From contig CAYHUM010000003.1 in NCBI GenBank assembly GCA_964359945.1, forward strand, positions 1 through 35,253: 35,253 nt of DNA, written 5' to 3'. Position numbers and translations under genes: made by a program. Shown one piece after another: positions 26,871-35,253 of this stretch; the stretch's first letter is position 1, and every line of letters begins with the position of its first letter. The stretch comes from Candidatus Woesearchaeota archaeon (GTDB lineage Archaea; Nanobdellota; Nanobdellia; SCGC-AAA011-G17; CAYHUM01). The notes under the pieces are model-generated. The model worked only from the letters and a program-made list of their open reading frames with translations, was not told where the DNA came from and ran no database searches.

Positions 26871-27110
26871 ATGAAAGAAGAACTGATAGGAAATCAGATA
26901 GAGGTAATAAAATCTAAAAATAAATCTCTAGAAGGAATCAAAGGTAAAATAATAGATGAGACTAAAAATACACTAACGATAAAAACAAATTCAAAGATTA
27001 AAAAAATCATAAAGAATCAAACAATAATGAAAATTAAAATCAAAAATAAGATATTGCAAGTAAATGGAAAAGAAATCCAGCAAAGACCAGAGGACAGGTT
27101 AAAAAAATGA
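26871..27110 (+). CDS. rnp1: RNase P protein subunit Rpp29/Pop4
   Basis: ELIG..V..S.N..GIKGKIIDETKNTL, RPEDRLK; conserved operon position. Confidence 0.92.
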   Translation: MKEELIGNQIEVIKSKNKSLEGIKGKIIDETKNTLTIKTNSKIKKIIKNQTIMKIKIKNKILQVNGKEIQQRPEDRLKK

Positions 27111-27439
27111 AAGAAAAATTAGACATTGGTATAGATGTAAAATCACCTGAAAATAAATGTGAAGATAAACATTGTCCATTTCATGGTTCATTGAAAGTTA
27201 GAGGATTTACATTTACAGGAAAAATAGTAAAATCAGATGTACATAATACTACAACAATTGAATGGCCGAGACTTTTTTACTTGCATAAATATGAACGTTA
27301 CGAAAAAAGACGTTCTAGAGTTAAATCCCATAATCCACCTTGTATCAATGCCAAAGTTGGAGATGAGGTTAAAATTATTGAATGTAAACCAATAAGTAAA
27401 ACAAAAAAATTTGTCATAGTTGAGAAGGTAACAAAATGA
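27107..27439 (+). CDS. rps17: 30S ribosomal protein uS17
   Basis: CEDKHCPFHG-L-VRG, KYERYEKR, ECKPISKTK. Confidence 0.96.
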   Translation: MKEKLDIGIDVKSPENKCEDKHCPFHGSLKVRGFTFTGKIVKSDVHNTTTIEWPRLFYLHKYERYEKRRSRVKSHNPPCINAKVGDEVKIIECKPISKTKKFVIVEKVTK

Positions 27440-27837
27440 AAGCATTAAAAGCGAGAATAACAAAAGCCTTGCCAAAAGACTCTAAAATTGAAGTTTGTGA
27501 TAATTCAGGAGCTAAAATAATCAATATAATTTCAATAAAAGGATCAAAAACAAGAAAAGGTCGTTATCCTAGTGCAGGTGTTGGAGATTATATAATGGCT
27601 TCTGTAATCAAAGGAGAAGCAGACATAAGAAAACAAGTAGTTCCTGCTATAATAGTAAGACAAAAAAAAGAATATAGAAGACCAGACGGAACAAGAATTA
27701 AATTTGAGGATAATGCAGCAGTAATACTAAAAGATGATTTAGGTAATCCAAGAGGAACAGCATTAAAGGGGCCTATTGCAAAAGAAGCAGCAGACAGATG
27801 GCCTGGAATTGCAAAATTAGCTTCTATAATAGTATAA
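27436..27837 (+). CDS. rpl14: 50S ribosomal protein uL14
   Basis: DNSGAK, AGVGD, RQKKEYRRPDG..FEDNAAV, GPIAKE. Confidence 0.97.
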   Translation: MKALKARITKALPKDSKIEVCDNSGAKIINIISIKGSKTRKGRYPSAGVGDYIMASVIKGEADIRKQVVPAIIVRQKKEYRRPDGTRIKFEDNAAVILKDDLGNPRGTALKGPIAKEAADRWPGIAKLASIIV

Positions 27838-27838
27838 A

Positions 27839-28219
27839 ATGAAGAAAGAATTTTCAAAACATTGGATTTCAAGTAAGCAACCAAGAAAACAAAGAAAATA
27901 TTTGTATAACGCACCTTTGAATATTAGACAAATCTTTGTTTCAGCACATCTAAGCAAAGAACTAAGAAAAAAACATAATAAAAGAAGTATAATTTTGAAA
28001 AAAGGAGATAAAGTAAAAATTATGAGAGGCCAATTTAAAAATAAATTTGGAAAAATTGAAAAAGTTAACTTAAAGGATATTACAGTTTTTGTAGAGGGAA
28101 TTCAAACTACAAAAAAGGATGGGAGTAAAGTATACATCCCCATACATCCCTCAAACATAATCATAACAGAACTTAATTTAGAAGATAAACATAGGAGAGA
28201 AATACTAGAAAGAAAATGA
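27839..28219 (+). CDS. rpl24: 50S ribosomal protein uL24
   Basis: SKQPRKQRK, LSKELR, KGDKVKIMRG KOW motif, IHPSN. Confidence 0.96.
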   Translation: MKKEFSKHWISSKQPRKQRKYLYNAPLNIRQIFVSAHLSKELRKKHNKRSIILKKGDKVKIMRGQFKNKFGKIEKVNLKDITVFVEGIQTTKKDGSKVYIPIHPSNIIITELNLEDKHRREILERK

Positions 28220-28944
28220 GTAAAAGTCATATCAAAAGAATAGCAGCACCAAGGTCATGGCCTATTCCAAGAAAAAAATCTAAATGGATAACTAAACCAA
28301 GACCAGGACCACATTCTATAGATAGAAGTATGCCCTTGTCTTTAATATTAAAAGATATAATTAGACTTGCAGAGAATAAAAGAGAGGTAAAAAAAATATT
28401 ATATGAAGGAAAGATTTTAATAAACCATATAATCAGAAAAGATCCAAAATTCCCAGTTGGCTTAATGGACACAATTTCTATACCATCTATAAACAAATAT
28501 TATAGAATATTATTTAATTATAAAGGACAATTAGTTTTACACAAGATAAACAAATCAGAATCAAATATTAAACTAAGTAAAATAATAAATAAAAAAATAC
28601 TGAGAGGGAAAAAAACTCAAATAAATTTATATGATGGTTATAATAAAATCGTTGATAAAGATCATTACAAAGTAGGAGATTCTGTTTTATTTGATTTGGA
28701 AAAGAATCATATTGTAGAGCACTTAAAATTAGAAAAAGGTGCATATGTTTATTTAACTAATGGTAAACATATAGGAACTACTGGTGTAATAGATAAAGTT
28801 CTTACATCTAAGGGAACTTATCCGTCTAAAATAGTGTTTAAGAAGAAAAATCATAGTTTTGAAACTTTAAAGGATTATGCTTTTGTTATAGGTAAAGAAA
28901 AACCATTAATATCATTACCAGAAGAAAATGAACAAGGAAAATAA
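28216..28944 (+). CDS. rps4e: 30S ribosomal protein eS4
   Basis: HIKRIAAP-SW, PGPH, FPVGLMD, NLYDG, GKHIG, FETLKDY. Confidence 0.96.
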   Translation: MSKSHIKRIAAPRSWPIPRKKSKWITKPRPGPHSIDRSMPLSLILKDIIRLAENKREVKKILYEGKILINHIIRKDPKFPVGLMDTISIPSINKYYRILFNYKGQLVLHKINKSESNIKLSKIINKKILRGKKTQINLYDGYNKIVDKDHYKVGDSVLFDLEKNHIVEHLKLEKGAYVYLTNGKHIGTTGVIDKVLTSKGTYPSKIVFKKKNHSFETLKDYAFVIGKEKPLISLPEENEQGK

Positions 28945-29449
28945 GATGAGAGAAATAAAAATTGAAAAAATAACTCTAAATATTGGAGTAGGACAAGCAG
29001 GAGATAAACTAGATAATGCTGTTTTATTACTGCAAACTATAAGTAATTCTAAACCTATACAAACTAAAACCATGAAAAGGATCCCTACTTGGGGTTTAAG
29101 ACCTAGATTGCCTATAGGTACTAAGGTAACATTAAGGGGCAAAAAAGCATTATCATTATTACCTAGATTATTTGCAGCAGTGGATAATAAACTTAAAATA
29201 AATAATTTTGATACTTATGGAAATATTTCATTTGGTATTAAGGAGTATATAGATATTCCAGATGTAGAATATAATGTTAAGATAGGTATTATAGGGTTAC
29301 AAGCTTCTATAACATTACAAAGAGCAGGATTTAGAATTAAATACAGAAAACAAAAAAATGCCAAGATCCCAAACAGACATAGAATAACTAAAGATGAAGC
29401 AATTAACTTTGTAAAAAATAAATTTAATATTAATGTAACTGAGGAATAA
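28928..29449 (+). CDS. rpl5: 50S ribosomal protein uL5
   Basis: [35 protein letters not shown]. Confidence 0.96.
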   Translation: MNKENKMREIKIEKITLNIGVGQAGDKLDNAVLLLQTISNSKPIQTKTMKRIPTWGLRPRLPIGTKVTLRGKKALSLLPRLFAAVDNKLKINNFDTYGNISFGIKEYIDIPDVEYNVKIGIIGLQASITLQRAGFRIKYRKQKNAKIPNRHRITKDEAINFVKNKFNINVTEE

Positions 29450-29450
29450 T

Positions 29451-29681
29451 ATGACAACAAGCTACTTTAAAAAACCAATGAAACAGCTGAGATCAAAACC
29501 AGCTAAATTAAAGAAATATCTAAAACATAATTCTCCTAAAGAAAGAGAATTTGGATTGGGTTCAAGAAAATGTAGAAGATGTGGAAGATATGGAGCACAT
29601 ATTCAAAAATATGGTTTACATATGTGCAGACAATGTTTTAGAGACGTAGCAAAGAAAATTGGATTTAAAAAATACAACTAA
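29451..29681 (+). CDS. rps14: 30S ribosomal protein uS14 (Zn type, N-terminal extension)
   Basis: CRRCG...[16 protein letters not shown]. Confidence 0.95.
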   Translation: MTTSYFKKPMKQLRSKPAKLKKYLKHNSPKEREFGLGSRKCRRCGRYGAHIQKYGLHMCRQCFRDVAKKIGFKKYN

Positions 29682-29682
29682 A

Positions 29683-30075
29683 ATGACAATAAACAATACT
29701 TTAGCAAGTGCATTATCTCATATCCTTAATTGTGAGAAAATTGGAAAGATAGAATGTATAGTGAAACCTTCATCTAATTTAATTTTATCAACATTAAAGA
29801 TTTTAAAAGATCATAATTATATAGGTGATTTTAATGTTGTAAATAATAAAAGAGGAAATTTAATTAAAGTAAATTTAATAGGTAATCTTAATAAATGCGG
29901 TGTAATAAGTCCTCGTTTTTCTGCTACTAAAGATGAATTTGAAAAATTTGAAAAAAGATTTTTACTAGCTAAAGACTTTGGGTTGTTAATAGTATCAACA
30001 CCACAAGGTTTGATGACACACAAAGATGCTATTACTAAAGGTTTAGGGGGACGTTTAATTTCTTATTGTTACTAA
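29683..30075 (+). CDS. rps8: 30S ribosomal protein uS8 (start 29683)
   Basis: LASALSHI.N, YIGDF, NKCGVISPRF, IVSTPQG.MTH, GGRLISYCY. Confidence 0.96.
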   Translation: MTINNTLASALSHILNCEKIGKIECIVKPSSNLILSTLKILKDHNYIGDFNVVNNKRGNLIKVNLIGNLNKCGVISPRFSATKDEFEKFEKRFLLAKDFGLLIVSTPQGLMTHKDAITKGLGGRLISYCY

Positions 30076-30076
30076 A

Positions 30077-30622
30077 ATGGCAATTAAAAATAAAGTTGAA
30101 TATGAAATAGAATTACCTAGTGATGTAGAAGCTAATCTAGATGGGCATATATTAGTAATTAAAGGAATAAATGGAGAACTACAGAAAAAATTTGCATATC
30201 CAAAAATAAAGATTAATGTTAAAGATAATAAAATTTTGATTCAGGCAATAAAACCAACAAAAAGAGAAAAAACCTACGCAGGAACTTTTAGGGCGCATAT
30301 TAAAAATATGATTTTGGGAGTGTCAAAAGATTTTGAATATAAACTTAAAATATGTTCAGGACACTTCCCTATGTCAGTAACAGTAGATCATGAAAAAGTT
30401 ATAATAAAGAATTTTTTGGGGGAGAAAATACCTAGAATAGCAAAAATTTTACCAGGTGTTAAGTGTTCTGTTATGGGCGATGAGATAATAATTAGAGGAA
30501 CAAATAAAGAAAATGCAGGCCAATCAGCAGCTAATATTGAAATGGCAACTAGAATAGTAAATAGAGACAGAAGAGTCTTTCAAGATGGCATTTTTATAAT
30601 AAGTAAAGGTGGAGAAAAATGA
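30077..30622 (+). CDS. rpl6: 50S ribosomal protein uL6
   Basis: GTFRAHIKNM, HFPM, NFLGEK, GQSAANIE, DRRVFQDGI. Confidence 0.96.
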   Translation: MAIKNKVEYEIELPSDVEANLDGHILVIKGINGELQKKFAYPKIKINVKDNKILIQAIKPTKREKTYAGTFRAHIKNMILGVSKDFEYKLKICSGHFPMSVTVDHEKVIIKNFLGEKIPRIAKILPGVKCSVMGDEIIIRGTNKENAGQSAANIEMATRIVNRDRRVFQDGIFIISKGGEK

Positions 30623-31134
30623 CCAAATTACTTGAAGTTAGAAAAATCTTGAAATCATCTAAACCCAAATTTTTAAGACAAGATGCTCATAAAATTCCAA
30701 GATTAGAAAAAAAATGGAAAAAACCTACTGGTATACATAATAAAATGCGATTAAAGAAAAAAGGTCATAGAAGAGGACCTTCAGTAGGTTACAAATCACC
30801 TAAACAAGTAAGAGGTTTAACAAGAACAGGATTTAAACCTATAACAATCTCAAATATTAAAAATCTTGAGAACATTGATCATAAAACAGAAGCAGGTTTA
30901 ATATCCAGAACCGTAGGAAAAAGAAATAAAATTAAAATTTTGGAGAGAGCTAAACATCTTCATATTACAATTTTAAACTTTAAAGATATTGATTTATATA
31001 TAAAAAACGTCAAAGAAAAATTTGAGAAAAAACCTAAAGAAACTAAAATAGAACATAAAAAAGAACCTGAACCAGAAGCTAAAAAAGAAGTAAAAGAAGA
31101 AAAAACAACTGAAAAACAAAATGAAACTAAATAA
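30619..31134 (+). CDS. rpl32e: 50S ribosomal protein eL32 (with Lys/Glu-rich C-terminal extension)
   Basis: KPKFLRQ..WKKPTGIHNKMR..PSVGY-SP..RGL. Confidence 0.95.
   Translation: MTKLLEVRKILKSSKPKFLRQDAHKIPRLEKKWKKPTGIHNKMRLKKKGHRRGPSVGYKSPKQVRGLTRTGFKPITISNIKNLENIDHKTEAGLISRTVGKRNKIKILERAKHLHITILNFKDIDLYIKNVKEKFEKKPKETKIEHKKEPEPEAKKEVKEEKTTEKQNETK
31039..31104 (+). repeat. 66-bp direct repeat, copy 2 (eL32 tail)
   Basis: 62/66 identical to 26246-26311. Confidence 0.95.
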
Positions 31135-31570
31135 TCAAAGAAGGATTGCAGCATACATTCTCAAAGTAGGTACAAATAGAGTTTGGTTAGATCCAACTAA
31201 AGCATCTGATATAAAAGAAGCAATAACTAAGGCAGATATAAAATCATTAATAAATAATCATGTAATTAAAGCAATCCCGGAAAAAGGAATTTCTAGATTT
31301 AGAATTAGAAAAAGAATAAGACAAAGAAGGAAAGGAAGACTTTCTGGATCGGGTTCAAGAAAAGGTAAAAAAACCGCGAGATTACCTAGTAAAAAAATTT
31401 GGATTAACATGATGAGGTCTCAAAGAGAATTTTTAAAAATGATTAGGGATAAAAAATTAATTACACCTAATACTTATCATGAATTATACAAGAGATCTAA
31501 GGGGGGATTCTTTAGAAGTGTAAGGCACATTAAATTATATTTAAATGAACATAACTTAATTAAAAAATGA
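31121..31570 (+). CDS. rpl19e: 50S ribosomal protein eL19
   Basis: QRRIAA..VG.NRVWLDP, GSRKGKKTAR, KGGFF. Confidence 0.96.
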   Translation: MKLNNQRRIAAYILKVGTNRVWLDPTKASDIKEAITKADIKSLINNHVIKAIPEKGISRFRIRKRIRQRRKGRLSGSGSRKGKKTARLPSKKIWINMMRSQREFLKMIRDKKLITPNTYHELYKRSKGGFFRSVRHIKLYLNEHNLIKK

Positions 31571-32148
31571 AAAGAAAATTTAAATTAGATTATAAGAGAA
31601 GGGTAAAAGGAATAACTGATTATAGAAAAAGAATAAGATTACTTTCATCTAAAAAGTTAAGAATGGTAGTTAGAGTTAGATCAAATTCTATTCATACACA
31701 AATAATTCAATTTGAAAGAAAAGGAGATAAAGTAATAATATCTGCAAATTCATCTCAACTTAAAAAATTTGGATATAATCTTCATAGAGGGAATATACCT
31801 ACTGCATATTTAACAGGAATGTTGCTTGGGATAAAATCAAAACAAAAAGGTATAAAAGAAGCAATTTTAGATGTTGGACTAAAAAAACCAACACCACAGT
31901 CAACAGTATATGCTGCTCTTAAAGGCGCAGTTGATGCTGGTATAAAAATACCTTATAATGAAGAGGTATTACCTAAACTATCAAAATTAAAAGGTGGGGA
32001 CATAGAGGAATACGCAAAACTTTTACATAAAAACAATCCAGAAAAATATCAAAAGCAATTTTCAAGATATCTTAAAAATAATATTAATCCACAACAAATA
32101 ACTAAAATAATAGACGAAACAAAAAACAAGATATTACTAGGTAAATAA
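31567..32148 (+). CDS. rpl18: 50S ribosomal protein uL18
   Basis: RRVKGITDYRKR, GNIPTAYLTG, LDVGL, AALKGAVDAG. Confidence 0.96.
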   Translation: MKRKFKLDYKRRVKGITDYRKRIRLLSSKKLRMVVRVRSNSIHTQIIQFERKGDKVIISANSSQLKKFGYNLHRGNIPTAYLTGMLLGIKSKQKGIKEAILDVGLKKPTPQSTVYAALKGAVDAGIKIPYNEEVLPKLSKLKGGDIEEYAKLLHKNNPEKYQKQFSRYLKNNINPQQITKIIDETKNKILLGK

Positions 32149-32149
32149 A

Positions 32150-32968
32150 ATGTCACGAAAACCTAAAATTGAAGTAGAAGAAAAGAATAAGACAGAAGTT
32201 CAATTGGAAGAAACAATAATTCCCGAAGTAGTATTACCAGAAATAAAAGAAATTAAAAAAACAGAAGAAAGAACACAAGAAGGATGGAATCCTAAAACTT
32301 CATTAGGCAAAAAAGTTAAATCAGGAGAAATAATTAATATTGATGAAATTCTTGATAAAGGTATGAAGATACTTGAACCACAAATTGTAGAGAAACTATT
32401 ACCAAATTTAGAAATCGAATTAATAAAAGTAGGACAATCTAAAGGTAAGTTTGGTGGTGGTAAAAGAAATATTTGGCGCCAAACCCAGAAAAAAACTAAA
32501 GAAGGGAATAATCCAAAATTCGGTGCTTTAGTCATAGTAGGAAATCGTGATGGTTACGTTGGTATAGGTTATGGTAATGCTAAAGAAACAGTTCCTGCAC
32601 GTGAAAAAGCAATAAGAAATGCTAAACTAAACGTAATAAAAATAAGACGTGGTTGTGGTTCATGGACATGTGGTTGTAGAGAACCTCATTCAATTCCATT
32701 TACTGTTAAAGGTAAATCAGGTAGTGTAATAATGAAAATAATGCCCGCGCCCAAAGGTACAAAATTATGTATAGAGGAAGAAACTCAAAAACTTTTAAGA
32801 TTAGCAGGAATAAAAGATGTTTATTCTAAAGCATATGGACAAACAAGAACTAAATTAAATACATTATATGCATGTTTTGATGCCCTAAAGAAACTATCAC
32901 AAACTAAAGTACATTCAAATTTTATAAAAACTTCAGGCCTTGTTGAAGGTTCTATTGTTAAATCTTAA
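32150..32968 (+). CDS. rps5: 30S ribosomal protein uS5
   Basis: WNPKTSLG, VGNRDGYVG, RRGCGSW-C-C, PAPKGT. Confidence 0.96.
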   Translation: MSRKPKIEVEEKNKTEVQLEETIIPEVVLPEIKEIKKTEERTQEGWNPKTSLGKKVKSGEIINIDEILDKGMKILEPQIVEKLLPNLEIELIKVGQSKGKFGGGKRNIWRQTQKKTKEGNNPKFGALVIVGNRDGYVGIGYGNAKETVPAREKAIRNAKLNVIKIRRGCGSWTCGCREPHSIPFTVKGKSGSVIMKIMPAPKGTKLCIEEETQKLLRLAGIKDVYSKAYGQTRTKLNTLYACFDALKKLSQTKVHSNFIKTSGLVEGSIVKS

Positions 32969-32969
32969 A

Positions 32970-33443
32970 ATGAACAAGAGACTAGCTGTTTTAAGGATAA
33001 GAGGATCAATAGGTGTAGATAAAAAAATTCAAGATACTTTGAATATGCTACGCTTGTATAGAAAGAACTATTGTTCCATAGTTCCAAATAATCATTCATA
33101 TATAGGAATGTTATCAAGAGTAAAAGATTATGTTACATGGGGGGAAATAGATAAAGAAACTTTTAAGTTATTACTAGAAAAAAGGGGAAAAATAGTAGGA
33201 AATAAATCATTAAATGAACATTATGTAAAAGAAAAGTCTGGGTTAAACATAGAACAATTTTCAGAAGATTTTTTACAACAAAAAAAAGATTTTAAAGATA
33301 TACCTGGAATAAAACAATTTTTTAGATTAAAGCCTCCCACTAAAGGTTTTGAAAGAGGGGGGATTAAAAAACCATTCTCATTAGGAGGAGCTTTAGGATA
33401 TAGAAAAAACCATATAAATGATTTAATAAGAAGAATGATCTAA
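32970..33443 (+). CDS. rpl30: 50S ribosomal protein uL30 (start 32970)
   Basis: AVLRIRG..TL.MLRL, KDYVTWGE, FRLKPP-KGF, GALGYR. Confidence 0.95.
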   Translation: MNKRLAVLRIRGSIGVDKKIQDTLNMLRLYRKNYCSIVPNNHSYIGMLSRVKDYVTWGEIDKETFKLLLEKRGKIVGNKSLNEHYVKEKSGLNIEQFSEDFLQQKKDFKDIPGIKQFFRLKPPTKGFERGGIKKPFSLGGALGYRKNHINDLIRRMI

Positions 33444-33444
33444 A

Positions 33445-33882
33445 ATGGTAGTCAATAAAAGAAAAAAATTTTCAAGACATCGCGGGAAAAGTTCTCATGG
33501 TTATGGAGCTAAGAAAAAACATAGAGGATATGGTAGTAAAGGAGGTAAAGGAAAAGCTGGAAGCGGAAAAAGAGCTCATCAAAAAAAACCTACTATACTT
33601 AAATTATATGGTCCAGAATATTTTGGTAAACATGGATTTAAAAGACCAAGATTTCACAATAAAAAAACAAAAACAATTAATTTAAAGCAAATAGAAGAAA
33701 ATCTAGATAAATTTGCAACTAAAGAACATGATATTTTCGTTGTAGATTTAAAAAAATTGGGATATGACAAAGTTTTATCAGAAGGTCATATTACAAAAAA
33801 ACTTAAGATTATGGCTAAATCTTTTTCTAAAAATGCTATAGAGAAAATAAAAGAAGCAGGTGGAGAAGCAGTAATATGCTAA
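33445..33882 (+). CDS. rpl15: 50S ribosomal protein uL15
   Basis: RG..SHGYG..KHRG.G.KGG.G.AG, FGKHGF, GYDKVL, AIEKIKEAGG. Confidence 0.96.
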   Translation: MVVNKRKKFSRHRGKSSHGYGAKKKHRGYGSKGGKGKAGSGKRAHQKKPTILKLYGPEYFGKHGFKRPRFHNKKTKTINLKQIEENLDKFATKEHDIFVVDLKKLGYDKVLSEGHITKKLKIMAKSFSKNAIEKIKEAGGEAVIC

Positions 33883-35253
33883 AAGCACTTCTTATGAACT
33901 TACCTGAGGTAAAAGCACCTCTACAAAGAAGACTGTCATTTAAAGAAAAATTAAAATGGACATTGCTTGTATTACTTGCATTCTTTATTCTTTCTAATAT
34001 TCCTTTATTTGGACTTGGTCAAAATTCTTTACAGCAATTTACATTTTTATCAATAATTCTTGGAGCTTCTTTTGGTTCTATAATGTCACTTGGTATAGGG
34101 CCTATAGTAACAGCATCTATTGTATTACAACTTTTAACAGGATCAGGATTATTAAAATTAGATTTAACTAAACCAGAAGGAAGAAAATTTTTCCAGGGAT
34201 TACAAAAATTATTAGCAATATTTTTTATTATATTTGAAGCTGCTATTTATGTATTAATGGGAGGTTTATCGCCTGCTGCAGGATTGCCTCCATCACAATA
34301 TTATTTTATGCAGTTTATATTAATAGGACAATTAATTTTGGGTGGATTACTTATTCTTTATATGGATGAAGTTACAAGTAAATGGGGCTTTGGTTCAGGA
34401 GTATCTTTATTTATAGCAGCTAATGTTAGTCAAGAAATAATAGTAAGAGCTCTAAGTCCATTATCAAGCACTGGTCAATGGGCATTTGGTTCAGGTCAAC
34501 CTCCTATAGGAGCTATTTTAGTATTTTTCACATCTTTATTAGCAGGTGATGCAAGAAGTGCAGTAATCGCAGTATCTGCTGTATTAGCTACAGTTCTTGT
34601 ATTTTTTGTTTCAGTATATGCACAAGCAATGAAAGTAGAAATACCTTTATCATTTGGAAGAATTAGAGGACATGGTATACGGTGGCCGCTGAATTTTATT
34701 TATACAAGTAATATTCCTGTTATTTTGGTTGCTGCTTTACTTGCAAACTTTCAATTATGGGCAAAATTACTTGAAAACGCAGGCAAACCAATACTAGGAA
34801 CTTTTTCAGGAAATGCTCCAGCAACTGGTTTTATAGCATGGATAAATCCCCCTAATATAATTGGAGGGGTATTAACAAATTCCCTAAGATCTATAGATTT
34901 TGCACATGCATTTGTTTATTTGCTATTTATGGTTGCAGGTTCAATTCTATTTTCAGTATTTTGGGTACAAACAGCAGGAATGGATGCAAGATCACAAGCA
35001 AGACAAATAATGTCATCTGGATTACAAATACCAGGATTTAGAAGAGATGAAAGAGTTTTAGAAAGATTATTAAAGCGTTATATTACACCATTAACAGTTT
35101 TGGGTGGTTTAACAGTTGGTGCTTTAGCTGCATTAGCAGATTTAACAGGGGCGTTATCAAGAGGTACAGGAATATTGTTAGCAGTAATGATAATTTACAG
35201 ATTATATGAAGATATAGCCCAACAACATATGATGGATATGTATCCAGGATTAA
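33876..35253 (+). CDS. secY: Preprotein translocase SecY (3' truncated; not in ORF track)
   Basis: MLKALLMNLPEVKAP..SFKEKLKWT, LGIGPIVTASIVLQLL, KWGFGSGVSLFI, YTSNIP, IPGFRRD, GTGILL; terminal TAA is out of frame. Confidence 0.96.
   Translation, partial: MLKALLMNLPEVKAPLQRRLSFKEKLKWTLLVLLAFFILSNIPLFGLGQNSLQQFTFLSIILGASFGSIMSLGIGPIVTASIVLQLLTGSGLLKLDLTKPEGRKFFQGLQKLLAIFFIIFEAAIYVLMGGLSPAAGLPPSQYYFMQFILIGQLILGGLLILYMDEVTSKWGFGSGVSLFIAANVSQEIIVRALSPLSSTGQWAFGSGQPPIGAILVFFTSLLAGDARSAVIAVSAVLATVLVFFVSVYAQAMKVEIPLSFGRIRGHGIRWPLNFIYTSNIPVILVAALLANFQLWAKLLENAGKPILGTFSGNAPATGFIAWINPPNIIGGVLTNSLRSIDFAHAFVYLLFMVAGSILFSVFWVQTAGMDARSQARQIMSSGLQIPGFRRDERVLERLLKRYITPLTVLGGLTVGALAALADLTGALSRGTGILLAVMIIYRLYEDIAQQHMMDMYPGL

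Noticed and set aside
506-33685. Many short antisense or alternative-frame ORFs (e.g. 506-760, 3292-3579, 26533-26847, 27588-27914, 32200-32535, 33497-33685)
   Set aside because: Lie within well-supported conserved genes and show no motifs.
1-35253. CRISPR array or rRNA genes
   Set aside because: No regularly spaced repeats and no long GC-rich structured RNA other than tRNAs.
35251-35253. Terminal TAA as the secY stop
   Set aside because: Out of frame (…GGA TTA A); the gene continues past the window.

Overview
Very AT-rich archaeal chromosomal DNA, most likely DPANN (Woesearchaeota/Pacearchaeota-like; inferred from the N-terminally extended uS14, compact gene junctions and gene content). 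The window has four parts. (i) 1-8215: an information-processing cluster (TBP, MCM, RPA32-like, aIF2-beta, DUF424, truncated NMD3, aIF1A, Dim2/KH, Topo VI B/A). (ii) 8227-21739: a mixed region with six tRNA genes, four of them intron-containing and two carrying two introns each (including non-canonical 43/44 and 59/60 sites). It also holds a split bacterial-type MetRS with gmhA inserted, a DEAD-box helicase, ksgA, endonuclease V, an MFS transporter, SIMPL, zinc-ribbon proteins, a thermonuclease and a histone. (iii) Within (ii), a small accessory patch (13077-16343) centred on a free-standing HTH-LAGLIDADG endonuclease whose stop codon supplies G1 of an intron-containing tRNA-Gly(CCC). (iv) 22065-35253: the S10-spc ribosomal superoperon ending in a truncated secY. 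The most notable observations are the endonuclease/tRNA fusion unit, a near-identical 66-bp tail shared by uS3 and eL32, the two double-intron tRNAs with competing folds, and a 20-codon uORF coupled to rpl3. All calls come from reading the sequence; no database searches were run.
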